A DNA stretch of 63,481 nucleotides, the filler included, from Octopus bimaculoides (lineage: Eukaryota), in assembly GCF_001194135.2 (NCBI RefSeq). It is 5 parts of 4 records of this genome, joined end to end, with 100 filler letters (N's around TTAATTAATTAA, not from the genome) between each part and the next. Parts side by side here need not be neighbours in the genome. Positions count along the whole stretch, not along the records: positions 35,931 to 53,331 come from NC_068986.1; positions 53,432 to 58,842 come from NW_026317626.1; positions 58,943 to 63,481 come from NC_069004.1; 2 more parts are not named here. One strand, 5' to 3'. A program made the translations under genes and the position numbers. The notes under the pieces were generated by a model. It was not told the origin of the DNA and did no database searches. It was given only the letters and a program-made list of their open reading frames with translations. Shown here piece after piece: positions 51,576 to 63,481 of this stretch (position 1 is its first letter; each line of letters opens with the position of its first letter).

Positions 51576-53331
51576 TGATGATGATAATAATAATAATTTT
51601 ATCATTGTTATTAGCATTATTCAAAAACTGTTTAATTTGGCTTCATTCATTCGTTCGTCCACTCACTCACTCACTCCCTATCTCACTCACCCACCCACCC
51701 TGTCTGTCTCTCCCTATATATATGAAAGAAGGTTTGAAAATACAATTTTAAAGATGTTTATTCACTTGACCGGTTTCACTTTTTAGAAAAAGATTGTCAA
51801 AAGTCAAATGTAAAGCTTTGTAGAAGCTTTGCTGTGTTAAGTACTGGTTGTCACAAAAGTATTAAAATACATATATACATTCTTTGATAGTAATAAGAAA
51901 ATGTTAAAAACAGTTACAAGAGAGTATTCAACAAAAAATATTACGAGTTCAATAAAAATCATGTTTGGTAGTATATATATTCAATAAAAATTATGTTTCT
52001 TTAGAAGTATATATACACACAGAAAGAGTTATATTTAAGAATTTACAAAAGATTGGAGACACAAACACACACGCATATATGCACACATATGTACACACAC
52101 ACACACACACACACACACTCAAAAGAAAAACACACATACATATACATCACAATAAACACTCACAAACATACATACACACAAGCATGCACACACACAATGA
52201 CACACCTCCCCGACAAATACAAGCCATGTAGACACACTCACACAAACACACCCACACGTATACACACACGGTTGCTCACACACACGCACGCCACAAGGAC
52301 AATTAAAACAACACAAACTTACTCCAACCAGCGTCCCACACAGTCCCTTAAAATAGCAAACATTCCCTAGCTACACACAAGAGAGAAAACATGTTAAAAA
52401 CGACAGGTCGGTTCCTCTCCAATTTTTTGTAAATTCTTAAATATATCTCTTTATGTATATATATATATTCTTCCAAACAAACATGATTTTTATTGAATAT
52501 ATATACTACGAAACATGATTTTTATTGAACTCCTAATATTTTTTGTTGAATACTCTCTTGTAAACTGTTGAAGAAAAAGTTCTTTCTAAGACAAGAGAGT
52601 GTAAGAGAAGAGTGCGCGCAAGTCTGTGTGTGTATGTGTGTATGTGTAATGGCACATGTGTGTGTGTATGTGTTGTGTGTGTGGTGTGTGTGGTTTTGGT
52701 GGTTTATATGTGTATGTGTGAGTGAACTTTGTGTCGCTTAATGTTGTAGAAAAAATTCAGTAGCATGGTAGATGGAGTGGCGGTCTTTTTGTGCACTTGT
52801 GTGTCTCATCACATGTGCGTAGAGGAATGGTCAGTAGAAAGGTGTTTGACTGGCAGTTTGAAGTGTGTGTGTGTGCGTGTGTATGTACGTGTATGCGTGT
52901 ATGTATGAGTGTGTGCTGCGTGTGTAGGAGGTATGTGTGCGTTCATGTGCGTGTCCGTGTGTGTGTACGTGTGTACGTGTGTATATGTGTGTGTGTGTGT
53001 ATGCGCGTGAGTGTATGTGCGTGTGTACACGTGTATGTGTGCGCGTGTGTATGTGTGTGTATGTGTGTGTGTGTGCATACGTGTGAACAGGGGGGTTGTG
53101 TGTGGAAGTATATGTGCGCTTTTGTGCGTGTATGCGCGTGCGTATGTGAGTGAATGTGCGTGTAGTTGTGTATACGTGTGTGTGTATTTGTGCGTGTGTG
53201 TACGCAGATGTGTGTACGTGTGTGTGCGTGGGGTTGTGTGTGTTAGGTATGTATGCAGTCCTGTGTGTGTGTGCGCGTGCGTGTGTGTATGTGCGTGTGT
53301 GCGTGTGTGTATGTATGTGTGTGCGTATATG

Positions 53332-53431
53332 NNNNNNNNNNNNNNNNNNNNNNNNNNNNNNNNNNNNNNNNNNNNTTAATTAATTAANNNNNNNNNNNNN
53401 NNNNNNNNNNNNNNNNNNNNNNNNNNNNNNN
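53332..53431. other. Artificial scaffold-join linker
   Basis: 44N-TTAATTAATTAA-44N. Confidence 0.93.
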
Positions 53432-53480
<49 letters not shown>

Positions 53481-54099
53481 GATGGGCTTCTTCCAGTTTC
53501 CATCTACCAAATCCACTCACAAGGCTTTGGTCGGTCCGATGCTATAGCAGAAGACACATGCCCAAGATGCCACGCAGTGAGGCTGAACCCGGAACCATGT
53601 GGTTGGTAAACAAGCTACTTACCACACAGCCACTCCGGCACCGAATTAAGTAATAAACAAAGTTCTATCCGTTTTCAAAACCTTTGCCCTATTTCCATGA
53701 AATGGTTAATTCTGGGTAAATTGTTAATTTGATGAAAAGTTAATTCTGGGACACCCTGTATACACACACATATACATGCATAGATACATACATGCATGCA
53801 CAGATACATACATGCATAGATACATACACACATGCATACATATTTAATACATTCACAATTACATGCTTACATACATACATGCATCCATACAAACATATAT
53901 ACATGCATACATGCATGCACACATACATACATATATGCACACGCGCATACATACAAAGATACATACATACATGCATACATGCATAAATGCATGTATGCAT
54001 GCATATATAATGCAATGTTCATATCTAGTCGTAGAACGGGGAAAGACAGATAACACGGACTCAAAACCCGTGCATCAACTGTCTCTCTATCTCCCCCAC

Positions 54100-54870
54100 T
54101 TCCATTCCTTGGCGTAGATGAAAATGCATCATACGAGCTGTGGACAAAGATGGAGTGACTCAAGAACATTACATCAGACTTAGGAAATTGTGGCAGTCGG
54201 AACTCTCCTCATACACCAAAACAATATCCCACAATGCATCTGAAGTACCAGCGCTGATCCCAAGAATTAAGACATTTGATTGGGGTGTAGAGGAAACTAA
54301 CTCCATAGATACCAAAACCCGCAAAATCCTGACAACAACTGGGAACTTCCACAGAAACAGTGATGTTGACGGGCTCTACCTATGAAAGAAATGAAGTCGG
54401 TAGAGGCCTGAGATCAGTGCAGATGGCCTTCGAATACCGTAGGGTATCACTCAGGCAACACCTGCTGAACAAAAGCAGCAAAAATAAATATATAAATGCA
54501 GTGCTGGGAGCAACATTGCACGAGTTGGCAGGGAACTCCTCGGGAAGCACTCTCTTCCTGATGATCTCCTATACAGCCCCAAAACAGCTGGGCTCTCTGA
54601 CCCCAGAGAAGACCTGGATGGAAAGCACTCAGCTTACAAAATAAAAAAGACTATGCATGGGTATGTTGCCCGGAAGCTTGAAGAAGACAGTAGAATTGAC
54701 ACGAAGCGCAGCCTCTCTTGGACACAAGACCACTACATCACATCACACTTTGAAGGTCATGCGTTTGCAATCCAGGAACAGGGGATTGCCACAAAGTACT
54801 TGGTGAACAAGTGAGACAGTGACGCTCTTATAATCCCAAGGTACAACCGCATGTGTAGGCTATGTTATGT
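54100..54870 (+). mobile_element. R4/Dong-clade LINE fragment (post-RT to zinc-knuckle region)
   Basis: IDTKTRKILT..GNFHRNSDVDGLYL...GRGL, MHGY, FEGHAFAIQEQGIATKY, CRLC, with stops and frameshifts. Confidence 0.85.
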
Positions 54871-55019
54871 TTCTGTGGTATGTTGGTAAATTAACGTCCC
54901 CCGTTCGGCAAAAGAGACCGATAGAATAAGTACTAGGCTTACAAAGAATAAGTCCTGGGGTCGATTTCTTCGACTAAAGGGTGCAGTCAGATTACTGAAA
55001 CAAATAAAACAATAAAATG

Positions 55020-55072
<53 letters not shown>

Positions 55073-55215
55073 TTTGGAATGGTTCTTGAAGTACACATGA
55101 ATGTATAATATGCATACATTGAGTTTTAAAAAAAAGACCTTCTCGATAGAAAATGTGAATGGCTGTACATGTGAGACAAATCTACATATCCTGTAAATAA
55201 TATCTAGCCAGCATT

Positions 55216-55560
55216 CAGGGACATCTGGGTGGAGGAGTTTGTCTCCCTCTCGCAAACTTAAGGACACAGTAATTGTGTCAAGGCCAACAGGAAGCGGTCC
55301 AGCTTCCTAGGGCTAAACGGCAGTAGTGTATTCCCTTCTTGGGATTGTCACATTAAGTCGACAATATACTACAACGTTATCGCACCACTACTACTTAAAT
55401 CTCTCTGAGAGATTTAGAAATATAATATTTCTAATTTTGCTAATCAGTGAATAAACTTCACTATGATTATATAAGTTTGCGAGAGCTAGACAAACTTCTT
55501 CGACCGGATGGCAGGCTACTTCAGGCTGATGACGAGCAAAGACTCAGAAACATGTCCCTG
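55216..55560. mobile_element. Inverted-repeat element, right arm carrying a hammerhead motif (Penelope pLTR-like)
   Basis: 55216-55260 is the reverse complement of 55473-55560 except that the ribozyme core is deleted in the left arm. Confidence 0.65.
55522..55560 (+). ncRNA. Minimal hammerhead ribozyme motif (palindromic stem III)
   Basis: CAGG-CTGATGA-C-GAG-CAAAGA-CTC-A-GAAAC-AT-GTC-CCTG; stem I CAGG/CCTG, ACATGT palindrome, GUC site. Confidence 0.7.
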
Positions 55561-56353
55561 NNNNNNNNNNNNNNNNNNNNNNNNNNNNNNNNNNNNNNNN
55601 NNNNNNNNNNNNNNNNNNNNNNNNNNNNNNNNNNNNNNNNNNNNNNNNNNNNNNNNNNNNNNNNNNNNNNNNNNNNNNNNNNNNNNNNNNNNNNNNNNNN
55701 NNNNNNNNNNNNNNNNNNNNNNNNNNNNNNNNNNNNNNNNNNNNNNNNNNNNNNNNNNNNNNNNNNNNNNNNNNNNNNNNNNNNNNNNNNNNNNNNNNNN
55801 NNNNNNNNNNNNNNNNNNNNNNNNNNNNNNNNNNNNNNNNNNNNNNNNNNNNNNNNNNNNNNNNNNNNNNNNNNNNNNNNNNNNNNNNNNNNNNNNNNNN
55901 NNNNNNNNNNNNNNNNNNNNNNNNNNNNNNNNNNNNNNNNNNNNNNNNNNNNNNNNNNNNNNNNNNNNNNNNNNNNNNNNNNNNNNNNNNNNNNNNNNNN
56001 NNNNNNNNNNNNNNNNNNNNNNNNNNNNNNNNNNNNNNNNNNNNNNNNNNNNNNNNNNNNNNNNNNNNNNNNNNNNNNNNNNNNNNNNNNNNNNNNNNNN
56101 NNNNNNNNNNNNNNNNNNNNNNNNNNNNNNNNNNNNNNNNNNNNNNNNNNNNNNNNNNNNNNNNNNNNNNNNNNNNNNNNNNNNNNNNNNNNNNNNNNNN
56201 NNNNNNNNNNNNNNNNNNNNNNNNNNNNNNNNNNNNNNNNNNNNNNNNNNNNNNNNNNNNNNNNNNNNNNNNNNNNNNNNNNNNNNNNNNNNNNNNNNNN
56301 NNNNNNNNNNNNNNNNNNNNNNNNNNNNNNNNNNNNNNNNNNNNNNNNNNNNN

Positions 56354-56403
<50 letters not shown>

Positions 56404-56635
56404 CAGTACGTGTATATATATATATATATATGCTCTTTCACATGAACGGACATAAACCGGATATTACTCATCATTGTCCGAACTAAATGAAAAACATAAA
56501 TAATAAAACTGGATGAAATTCAAGACAGCACACACGCGCATACATATATATACACACATGTACACACACACAGAGATAAAAATATATATATGTATGTATA
56601 TACACAAACACTTGTGCATGCGTCAGCGAATGCAG

Positions 56636-56945
56636 CTTCCTTCCTTGTTGTTGTTTAACCCCAGGTCAGTCCCGATCCAGACAGACCTATGATCAAAGAT
56701 GTTCCAGATGTGACCATCCTGTCTTTTATTCAGACATAGTGTATCTTGGACTACATTATCTAAAATACCCTTCCTTGTTATTGTTGTATAGTCCCAGGTC
56801 AGTCCTGATCCAGACAGACCTATGATCAAAGACGTTCCAGCTGTGACCATCCTGTCTTTTATTCAGGCATAGTGTATCTAGGACTTCATTATCTAATGTG
56901 TCCTTCCTTGTCGTTGTGGTTTAGCTCTAGGTCAGTCCTGAACAA
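56636..56945. repeat. Tandem repeat, ~130-bp unit, about 2.3 copies
   Basis: ccttccttgt...caggtcagtcc..atccagacagacctatgatcaaaga recurs at ~56636, 56768 and 56901. Confidence 0.85.
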
Positions 56946-57008
56946 GCCTTGTTCCGCCGAAAGTCTTGTGAGTGGATTTACTTTACAGAAATTGAAACAC
57001 ACACACAC

Positions 57009-57046
<38 letters not shown>

Positions 57047-57144
57047 TCTATTATTCTTTTATTTGTTTCAATCATTTTGACTGCGACCATTCTGTTATTC
57101 TGTACATCTGTAAGAACTCTGTCAATTTTTTGTGTCTTCAAAAG

Positions 57145-57680
57145 CTTCTCGTCTGATCTTTCTTAAGGCTCTCTTGAACGTGTCGACGAATCTTTCCGCT
57201 AACCTATTTGACCGTGGATGGTACGGCGGAGTTAACACAATCCTTCATCTAGACTGACTGACAGACAGATTTTTTTTTTAAAAACTCCCTCGCCGTGAAT
57301 CGTGTATCTTTATCTGACAGGATCGTATCTGGCACTCCATAACGAGCAAACAATTCTTCCAAGAAAGTCAATAGTCAGATTTGTGGTTGGCCTTGAATAT
57401 TTACGCACTTCAGGCCATTTGGAATAGCTATCCACCACGATGATAAAATAAGAGCCATTTATTGGTCCTGCAAAATCCACATCCGCACTGGGGTGCCCTT
57501 GCTGCCATAGAGCATCCTCTACGTTGTTTTACCAATCTCTGAATTTGTTTGTCCATAATCGGCCAAAACACGTAACTCCTCACGAGGCTTTTCATCCGGG
57601 CAATTTCCGGATGTCGTACATGGAAGTCTTTCAATATTCTGTTTTGCAGTCCTTCGGGTATTACCACCATTTGTACATAG
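57145..57680 (-). mobile_element. Ty3/Gypsy integrase remnant
   Basis: FHVRHPEIARMKSLVRSYVFWP (H2C2), DFAGP...VVDSYSKWPEV, ARYGVPDTILSD, PYHPRSNRLAERFV. Confidence 0.9.
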
Positions 57681-58743
57681 GCGCAGAAGTGGCTTTGTGG
57701 TAAGTAGCTTGCAGACCAACCACATGGTTCCGGGTTCAGTCTCACTGCGTGACATATTGGGCAAGTTCCTTTTACTGTAGTCTCGAGCTGACCTAAGCCT
57801 GAGAGTGGATTTGGTAGACGGTGACTGAAAGAAACCCGTCTCATATATATATATATANNNNNNNNNNNNNNNNNNNNNNNNNNNNNNNNNNNNNNNNNNN
57901 NNNNNNNNNNNNNNNNNNNNNNNNNNNNNNNNNNNNNNNNNNNNNNNNNNNNNNNNNNNNNNNNNNNNNNNNNNNNNNNNNNNNNNNNNNNNNNNNNNNN
58001 NNNNNNNNNNNNNNNNNNNNNNNNNNNNNNNNNNNNNNNNNNNNNNNNNNNNNNNNNNNNNNNNNNNNNNNNNNNNNNNNNNNNNNNNNNNNNNNNNNNN
58101 NNNNNNNNNNNNNNNNNNNNNNNNNNNNNNNNNNNNNNNNNNNNNNNNNNNNNNNNNNNNNNNNNNNNNNNNNNNNNNNNNNNNNNNNNNNNNNNNNNNN
58201 NNNNNNNNNNNNNNNNNNNNNNNNNNNNNNNNNNNNNNNNNNNNNNNNNNNNNNNNNNNNNNNNNNNNNNNNNNNNNNNNNNNNNNNNNNNNNNNNNNNN
58301 NNNNNNNNNNATATATATATATATATATAATTATATGTATATATGTTTATTTGTGCATATATAACGCACAAAAATATGTGTGTATGTATATGTGTGCATG
58401 AGAGGGAGAAACAGAGTGTGAACTACGATGCGTGCATGCGTGTGTATGTGTATGTATCTGTGTGTGTGTTTATCTTTCAATGATGTAATTCGACAAAAAT
58501 AAAGGAAAAAAAAACCTGACATAATCCATAAAGCACAACAACGAAAAAGGGAGGTGGGGGAGGAAAACAAAAAAAAGAAAATAACCCCACCAATTCTGAA
58601 CGAACGAAGTGGCGATATTTGTTCTGCACCAAGTAACAGACACTCCCATCTGAGCCAGAGACACCTCACTAGTGACTAGTCCTCTCCCAGGTGGAAATAA
58701 GTAGCCAACGGAGCTACACTTCGTCAGTTACCATATGGCTTTG

Positions 58744-58841
<98 letters not shown>

Positions 58842-58842
58842 G

Positions 58843-58942
58843 NNNNNNNNNNNNNNNNNNNNNNNNNNNNNNNNNNNNNNNNNNNNTTAATTAATTAANN
58901 NNNNNNNNNNNNNNNNNNNNNNNNNNNNNNNNNNNNNNNNNN
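58843..58942. other. Artificial scaffold-join linker
   Basis: 44N-TTAATTAATTAA-44N. Confidence 0.93.
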
Positions 58943-60659
58943 AGGGCTACTGGAAATAACCAATAGATAACAAATTTCAGAGTGGATTGTAGGTATTCGA
59001 CACCTACTTCTAGCGCAGGCGCTGGTTATTTCTACTAGCCCTTAATTATAATTATATTTTTATAATTATATACGTAAAGAAAATTAATGTTACCTATACG
59101 GTCATTTTTATGCGCTAGGCCACTGATATAATCATTTTTATGATTATATCTTTATCTTATAACTATATATATATACATACATACATATAAATATACTTAG
59201 TCTCCTGGCAACGAATATTTTTAGACCCAGTCCGCCATGATCTCTTAGTATGTATGTATGTATGTATGTATGTATGTATGTATGTATGTACGTACGTACG
59301 TACGTACGTACGTATGTACGTATATAAATAAATGTATGTTTATGTATGCTCGCATGTACATGCATAAGCGTGCACGCGCATGAATTTATATAGTATATGG
59401 CTGTATCTATATCTGCGAATATAAGTGTGTATGTATATATGTGTACGTATGTATATATGTATGTATAATGTGTGTATTTTTACTTTTATTTGTTTCACTC
59501 ATGTGATTGCGGCCATGCCGGAGCACCGCCTTACAGGGTTTTTAGCCGAAAAAAATCGACCCCAGGACTGATTCTTTGTAAGCCTAGTACTTATTCTATC
59601 GTTACTTTTGCCGAACCGCTATGTTACGGGGACGTAAACACGCCAACATCTATCAAGCGATACATACACATGCATATATATATATATATATATATATGTA
59701 TATGCGTATATATATGTATATATTTTTGTATATATGTGTGATCTGATCTTTTGTGTGTGAGTGTGTGTGTATGTGTGTGTGTGTGTATGTGTATGTGTGT
59801 GTGTATGTGTGTGCGTGCGTGAATGTATGTAAGTGTAGACATATCTAGACCAGCAAGAACGCAGAGACATGAAGCATTCTCTGAAGATTGAGCACCTCCC
59901 CTCCCCCCACTCTCGCATACCTCCTCCCCNNNNNNNNNNNNNNNNNNNNNNNNNNNNNNNNNNNNNNNNNNNNNNNNNNNNNNNNNNNNNNNNNNNNNNN
60001 NNNNNNNNNNNNNNNNNNNNNNNNNNNNNNNNNNNNNNNNNNNNNNNNNNNNNNNNNNNNNNNNNNNNNNNNNNNNNNNNNNNNNNNNNNNNNNNNNNNN
60101 NNNNNNNNNNNNNNNNNNNNNNNNNNNNNNNNNNNNNNNNNNNNNNNNNNNNNNNNNNNNNNNNNNNNNNNNNNNNNNNNNNNNNNNNNNNNNNNNNNNN
60201 NNNNNNNNNNNNNNNNNNNNNNNNNNNNNNNNNNNNNNNNNNNNNNNNNNNNNNNNNNNNNNNNNNNNNNNNNNNNNNNNNNNNNNNNNNNNNNNNNNNN
60301 NNNNNNNNNNNNNNNNNNNNNNNNNNNNNNNNNNNNNNNNNNNNNNNNNNNNNNNNNNNNNNNNNNNNNNNNNNNNNNNNNNNNNNNNNNNNNNNNNNNN
60401 NNNNNNNNNNNNNNNNNNNNNNNNNNNNNNNNNNNNNNNNNNNNNNNNNNNNNNNNNNNNNNNNNNNNNNNNNNNNNNNNNNNNNNNNNNNNNNNNNNNN
60501 NNNNNNNNNNNNNNNNNNNNNNNNNNNNNNNNNNNNNNNNNNNNNNNNNNNNNNNNNNNNNNNNNNNNNNNNNNNNNNNNNNNNNNNNNNNNNNNNNNNN
60601 NNNNNNNNNNNNNNNNNNNNNNNNNNNNNNNNNNNNNNNNNNNNNNNNNNNNNNNNNAT

Positions 60660-60805
60660 ATGCGTATAAGAAGGGATGACCACTAAGTGGACATCCGATA
60701 TGCTACAAGGAGGTCATCAACGACCCCACCACAAAGTTGGGTCGTTGTTGACCTCTTTCTAGCATATCGGATGTTCACCTAGTGGTCATCCCTTCTTATA
60801 CACAT
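60660..60805. repeat. Fold-back hairpin (~65-bp arms, 10-nt loop)
   Basis: 60665-60727 versus the reverse complement of 60738-60800, about 6 mismatches. Confidence 0.9.
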
Positions 60806-60944
60806 GTAATACAATTTTTCTGAATTTTCAGATTTGTTTATACGCTAGACCACTGGTTTTAAATTGATGTTAATTAAATTAATATTCAATTTATCACCCT
60901 CAGTATATATATAATTTTAGTTTAAGAAGCACAAAGTATCTGAC

Positions 60945-61500
60945 AGTAGCGATGACAATGCTGACAAATACGATGACGCTGACGGCGCCGACAACGACGA
61001 TGATGAGGAATAATAATAATGATAGTTATTATGATGATGATGATGATGATGATGATGGAGACGATGATGGGGATGATGTTGAATAAAAAGAATGATAGTG
61101 ATGATGATGCTGGAGATAATACGACGATGATGATAATGATGATGTGTATGATGACGATGATTATTATGATGAATATGGTAATGATAATGACGATGATGAT
61201 GATGATGATAACGACGAAGACTACGACGACAACGATGATGATGATGATGATGGTGAGGACGATGACGATGATGGGGATGATGTTGAATAAAAAGAATGAT
61301 GATGATGATGATGATGATGACGAGGATGATGATGACGACGACCATGATGACAATGATGCTGATGATAATGATGATGTGATGATGATGACAGTGACGAACG
61401 ATGGCGAAAATGATGACGACAACCATGATGACAATGATGCTGATGATAATGATGATGATGATGATGATGATGATGACGATGACGACCACAACGACGACGA
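60945..61500. repeat. Compound (GAT/GAC/AAT)n low-complexity tract with duplicated sub-blocks
   Basis: atggggatgatgttgaataaaaagaatgat occurs twice; catgatgacaatgatgctgatgataat occurs twice. Confidence 0.9.
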
Positions 61501-61674
61501 CTGTTTGTTGTGTAGTGGTAAGCGGTATGGAACTGAACTGAAATAATTAGGAACAGCGCGAAAAATTAAACGCCATTGTTGCATGCTTTTCCATCAAAGA
61601 TGGCGCCTATCAGAGCAATTCTTCTCTGTTTTCTCCATATGTTTCTCTCTTTATGCTCTTTTTTTAAAGTTTAG

Positions 61675-61705
<31 letters not shown>

Positions 61706-62063
61706 GTTATTATTGTAGTTTTCTGTTTCTTTTTGCACACACATATATATGTATACATGGCCATAAATACCAGAGAGAACAATCGAGGGGGTTTTCATTT
61801 GAAATGAGAGTGTTGGGTAAGTTGGAAAGAAAAAGTCACAATTTGGTCGGTCTGTCGGCCGGCTGGCTGGTTGGGTCGCTGGTTGGCTGGTTGAGAAGTA
61901 AAAAAAAAAAAATAAAGACAAGAGAAAAGGAGAGAAATAGATAGATAGATAGAAAGGGAAAGAGAAAGAGAGAGAGAGAAAGGGAGAAAGGATGTAAATT
62001 TTGATGTGTGCATGTGATGTGTCTCAAAGAAGGCCAAGTTGCGATATATATATATACACACAC

Positions 62064-62094
<31 letters not shown>

Positions 62095-62749
62095 TATATA
62101 TAAATATATATATATNNNNNNNNNNNNNNNNNNNNNNNNNNNNNNNNNNNNNNNNNNNNNNNNNNNNNNNNNNNNNNNNNNNNNNNNNNNNNNNNNNNNN
62201 NNNNNNNNNNNNNNNNNNNNNNNNNNNNNNNNNNNNNNNNNNNNNNNNNNNNNNNNNNNNNNNNNNNNNNNNNNNNNNNNNNNNNNNNNNNNNNNNNNNN
62301 NNNNNNNNNNNNNNNNNNNNNNNNNNNNNNNNNNNNNNNNNNNNNNNNNNNNNNNNNNNNNNNNNNNNNNNNNNNNNNNNNNNNNNNNNNNNNNNNNNNN
62401 NNNNNNNNNNNNNNNNNNNNNNNNNNNNNNNNNNNNNNNNNNNNNNNNNNNNNNNNNNNNNNNNNNNNNNNNNNNNNNNNNNNNNNNNNNNNNNNNNNNN
62501 NNNNNNNNNNNNNNNNNNNNNNNNNNNNNNNNNNNNNNNNNNNNNNNNNNNNNNNNNNNNNNNNNNNNNNNNNNNNNNNNNNNNNNNNNNTATGTATGTA
62601 TGTTTATATAAACACACCACAACAAACCTTTCTCTATAGATACATATCCAGGCAAAAAGAACTTCTTAAATGGTGCCTGATGATTTTGACCTTTTTCGCT
62701 TCGGTGTAGTTTTCTTAACGCATCTTCCATTCTTCAATGGCTAGCATCG

Positions 62750-62964
62750 GTTACAGCTGCTGCTGCTGCTGCTGTTGCTGTTGTTGTTGTTATTGTTGTT
62801 CCTGGTATTGATGTTGTTGTTGTTGTTGTTGTGCTTTGTACGTGTGGAGTCGTCGTTGTTGTTGTTGTTGTTGTTGTTTTTGCGATTGAATTTCTGTTGG
62901 ACGTTGTTGTCACTTGTATTGATTTTAATTGATCATCACCCCCCCCCCACTTCACTACCATCAC

Positions 62965-63023
<59 letters not shown>

Positions 63024-63030
63024 CCACCAC

Positions 63031-63065
<35 letters not shown>

Positions 63066-63240
63066 ATGTCGCTGTCGACGTCATTATCTTTTTCTTCATC
63101 GCCGCTGTTACCATTCTGCCATGATAATAATATAAATAATAATAATGATAATAATATAAATAATAATAATGATAATAATAATAATAATAATGATAATAAT
63201 AACGATCACATCATCATCATCATCATCATCATCATATGTT
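62750..63240. repeat. Series of trinucleotide microsatellites (GCT, GTT, CAT, AAT)
   Basis: Direct reading. Confidence 0.92.
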
Positions 63241-63338
63241 GTCGTCGCTGCAGCGGTTTTCTTACGACGATTTCTTCATCGCAATCTCAGTCTTTGAGTT
63301 CAGATCGTAAAAATTCGGAACTAATGATACACCTATAC

Positions 63339-63369
<31 letters not shown>

Positions 63370-63418
63370 CACACACACATGTGTATGTGTATATACATGC
63401 ATACATATACATATATAT

Positions 63419-63481
<63 letters not shown>

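Noticed and set aside
56636-56945. CRISPR-like array
   Set aside because: Eukaryotic context; units are full tandem duplicates without unique spacers

Overview
This is gap-ridden, repeat-rich eukaryotic DNA, most likely from an octopus or related cephalopod. That call is inferred from the extreme microsatellite load, the tRNA-derived SINE families and a GC-expanded 18S V4 fragment. Four artificial 44N-TTAATTAATTAA-44N linkers split the window into five joined pieces. Host coding sequence I can support: (1) two tandem paralogous ~320-330 aa multi-TM exons (minus strand, 1238-2230 and 7885-8841) that resemble gustatory-receptor-like (GRL/7tm_7) ion-channel chemoreceptors. Each ends at a phase-0 GT donor at the same protein position after TM6, and I could not find the TM7 exons. 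(2) One 102-nt exon missing from the ORF track (39400-39501, minus) encoding the basic/helix-1 region of a HELT-type HES/HEY bHLH, with E-box/Su(H)-rich CpG islands upstream. The rest is decayed transposons (Penelope-like, R4/Dong, RTE, CR1-like, Gypsy, mariner, MITEs, HINE-like), at least three SINE families, an orphan 18S rRNA fragment and several long fold-back hairpins. There are also five minimal hammerhead-ribozyme-like motifs, three of them in a tRNA-headed SINE-like element that occurs in head-to-head pairs. Nearly all other listed ORFs are microsatellite or N-gap artefacts. All calls are by eye; no searches were run.
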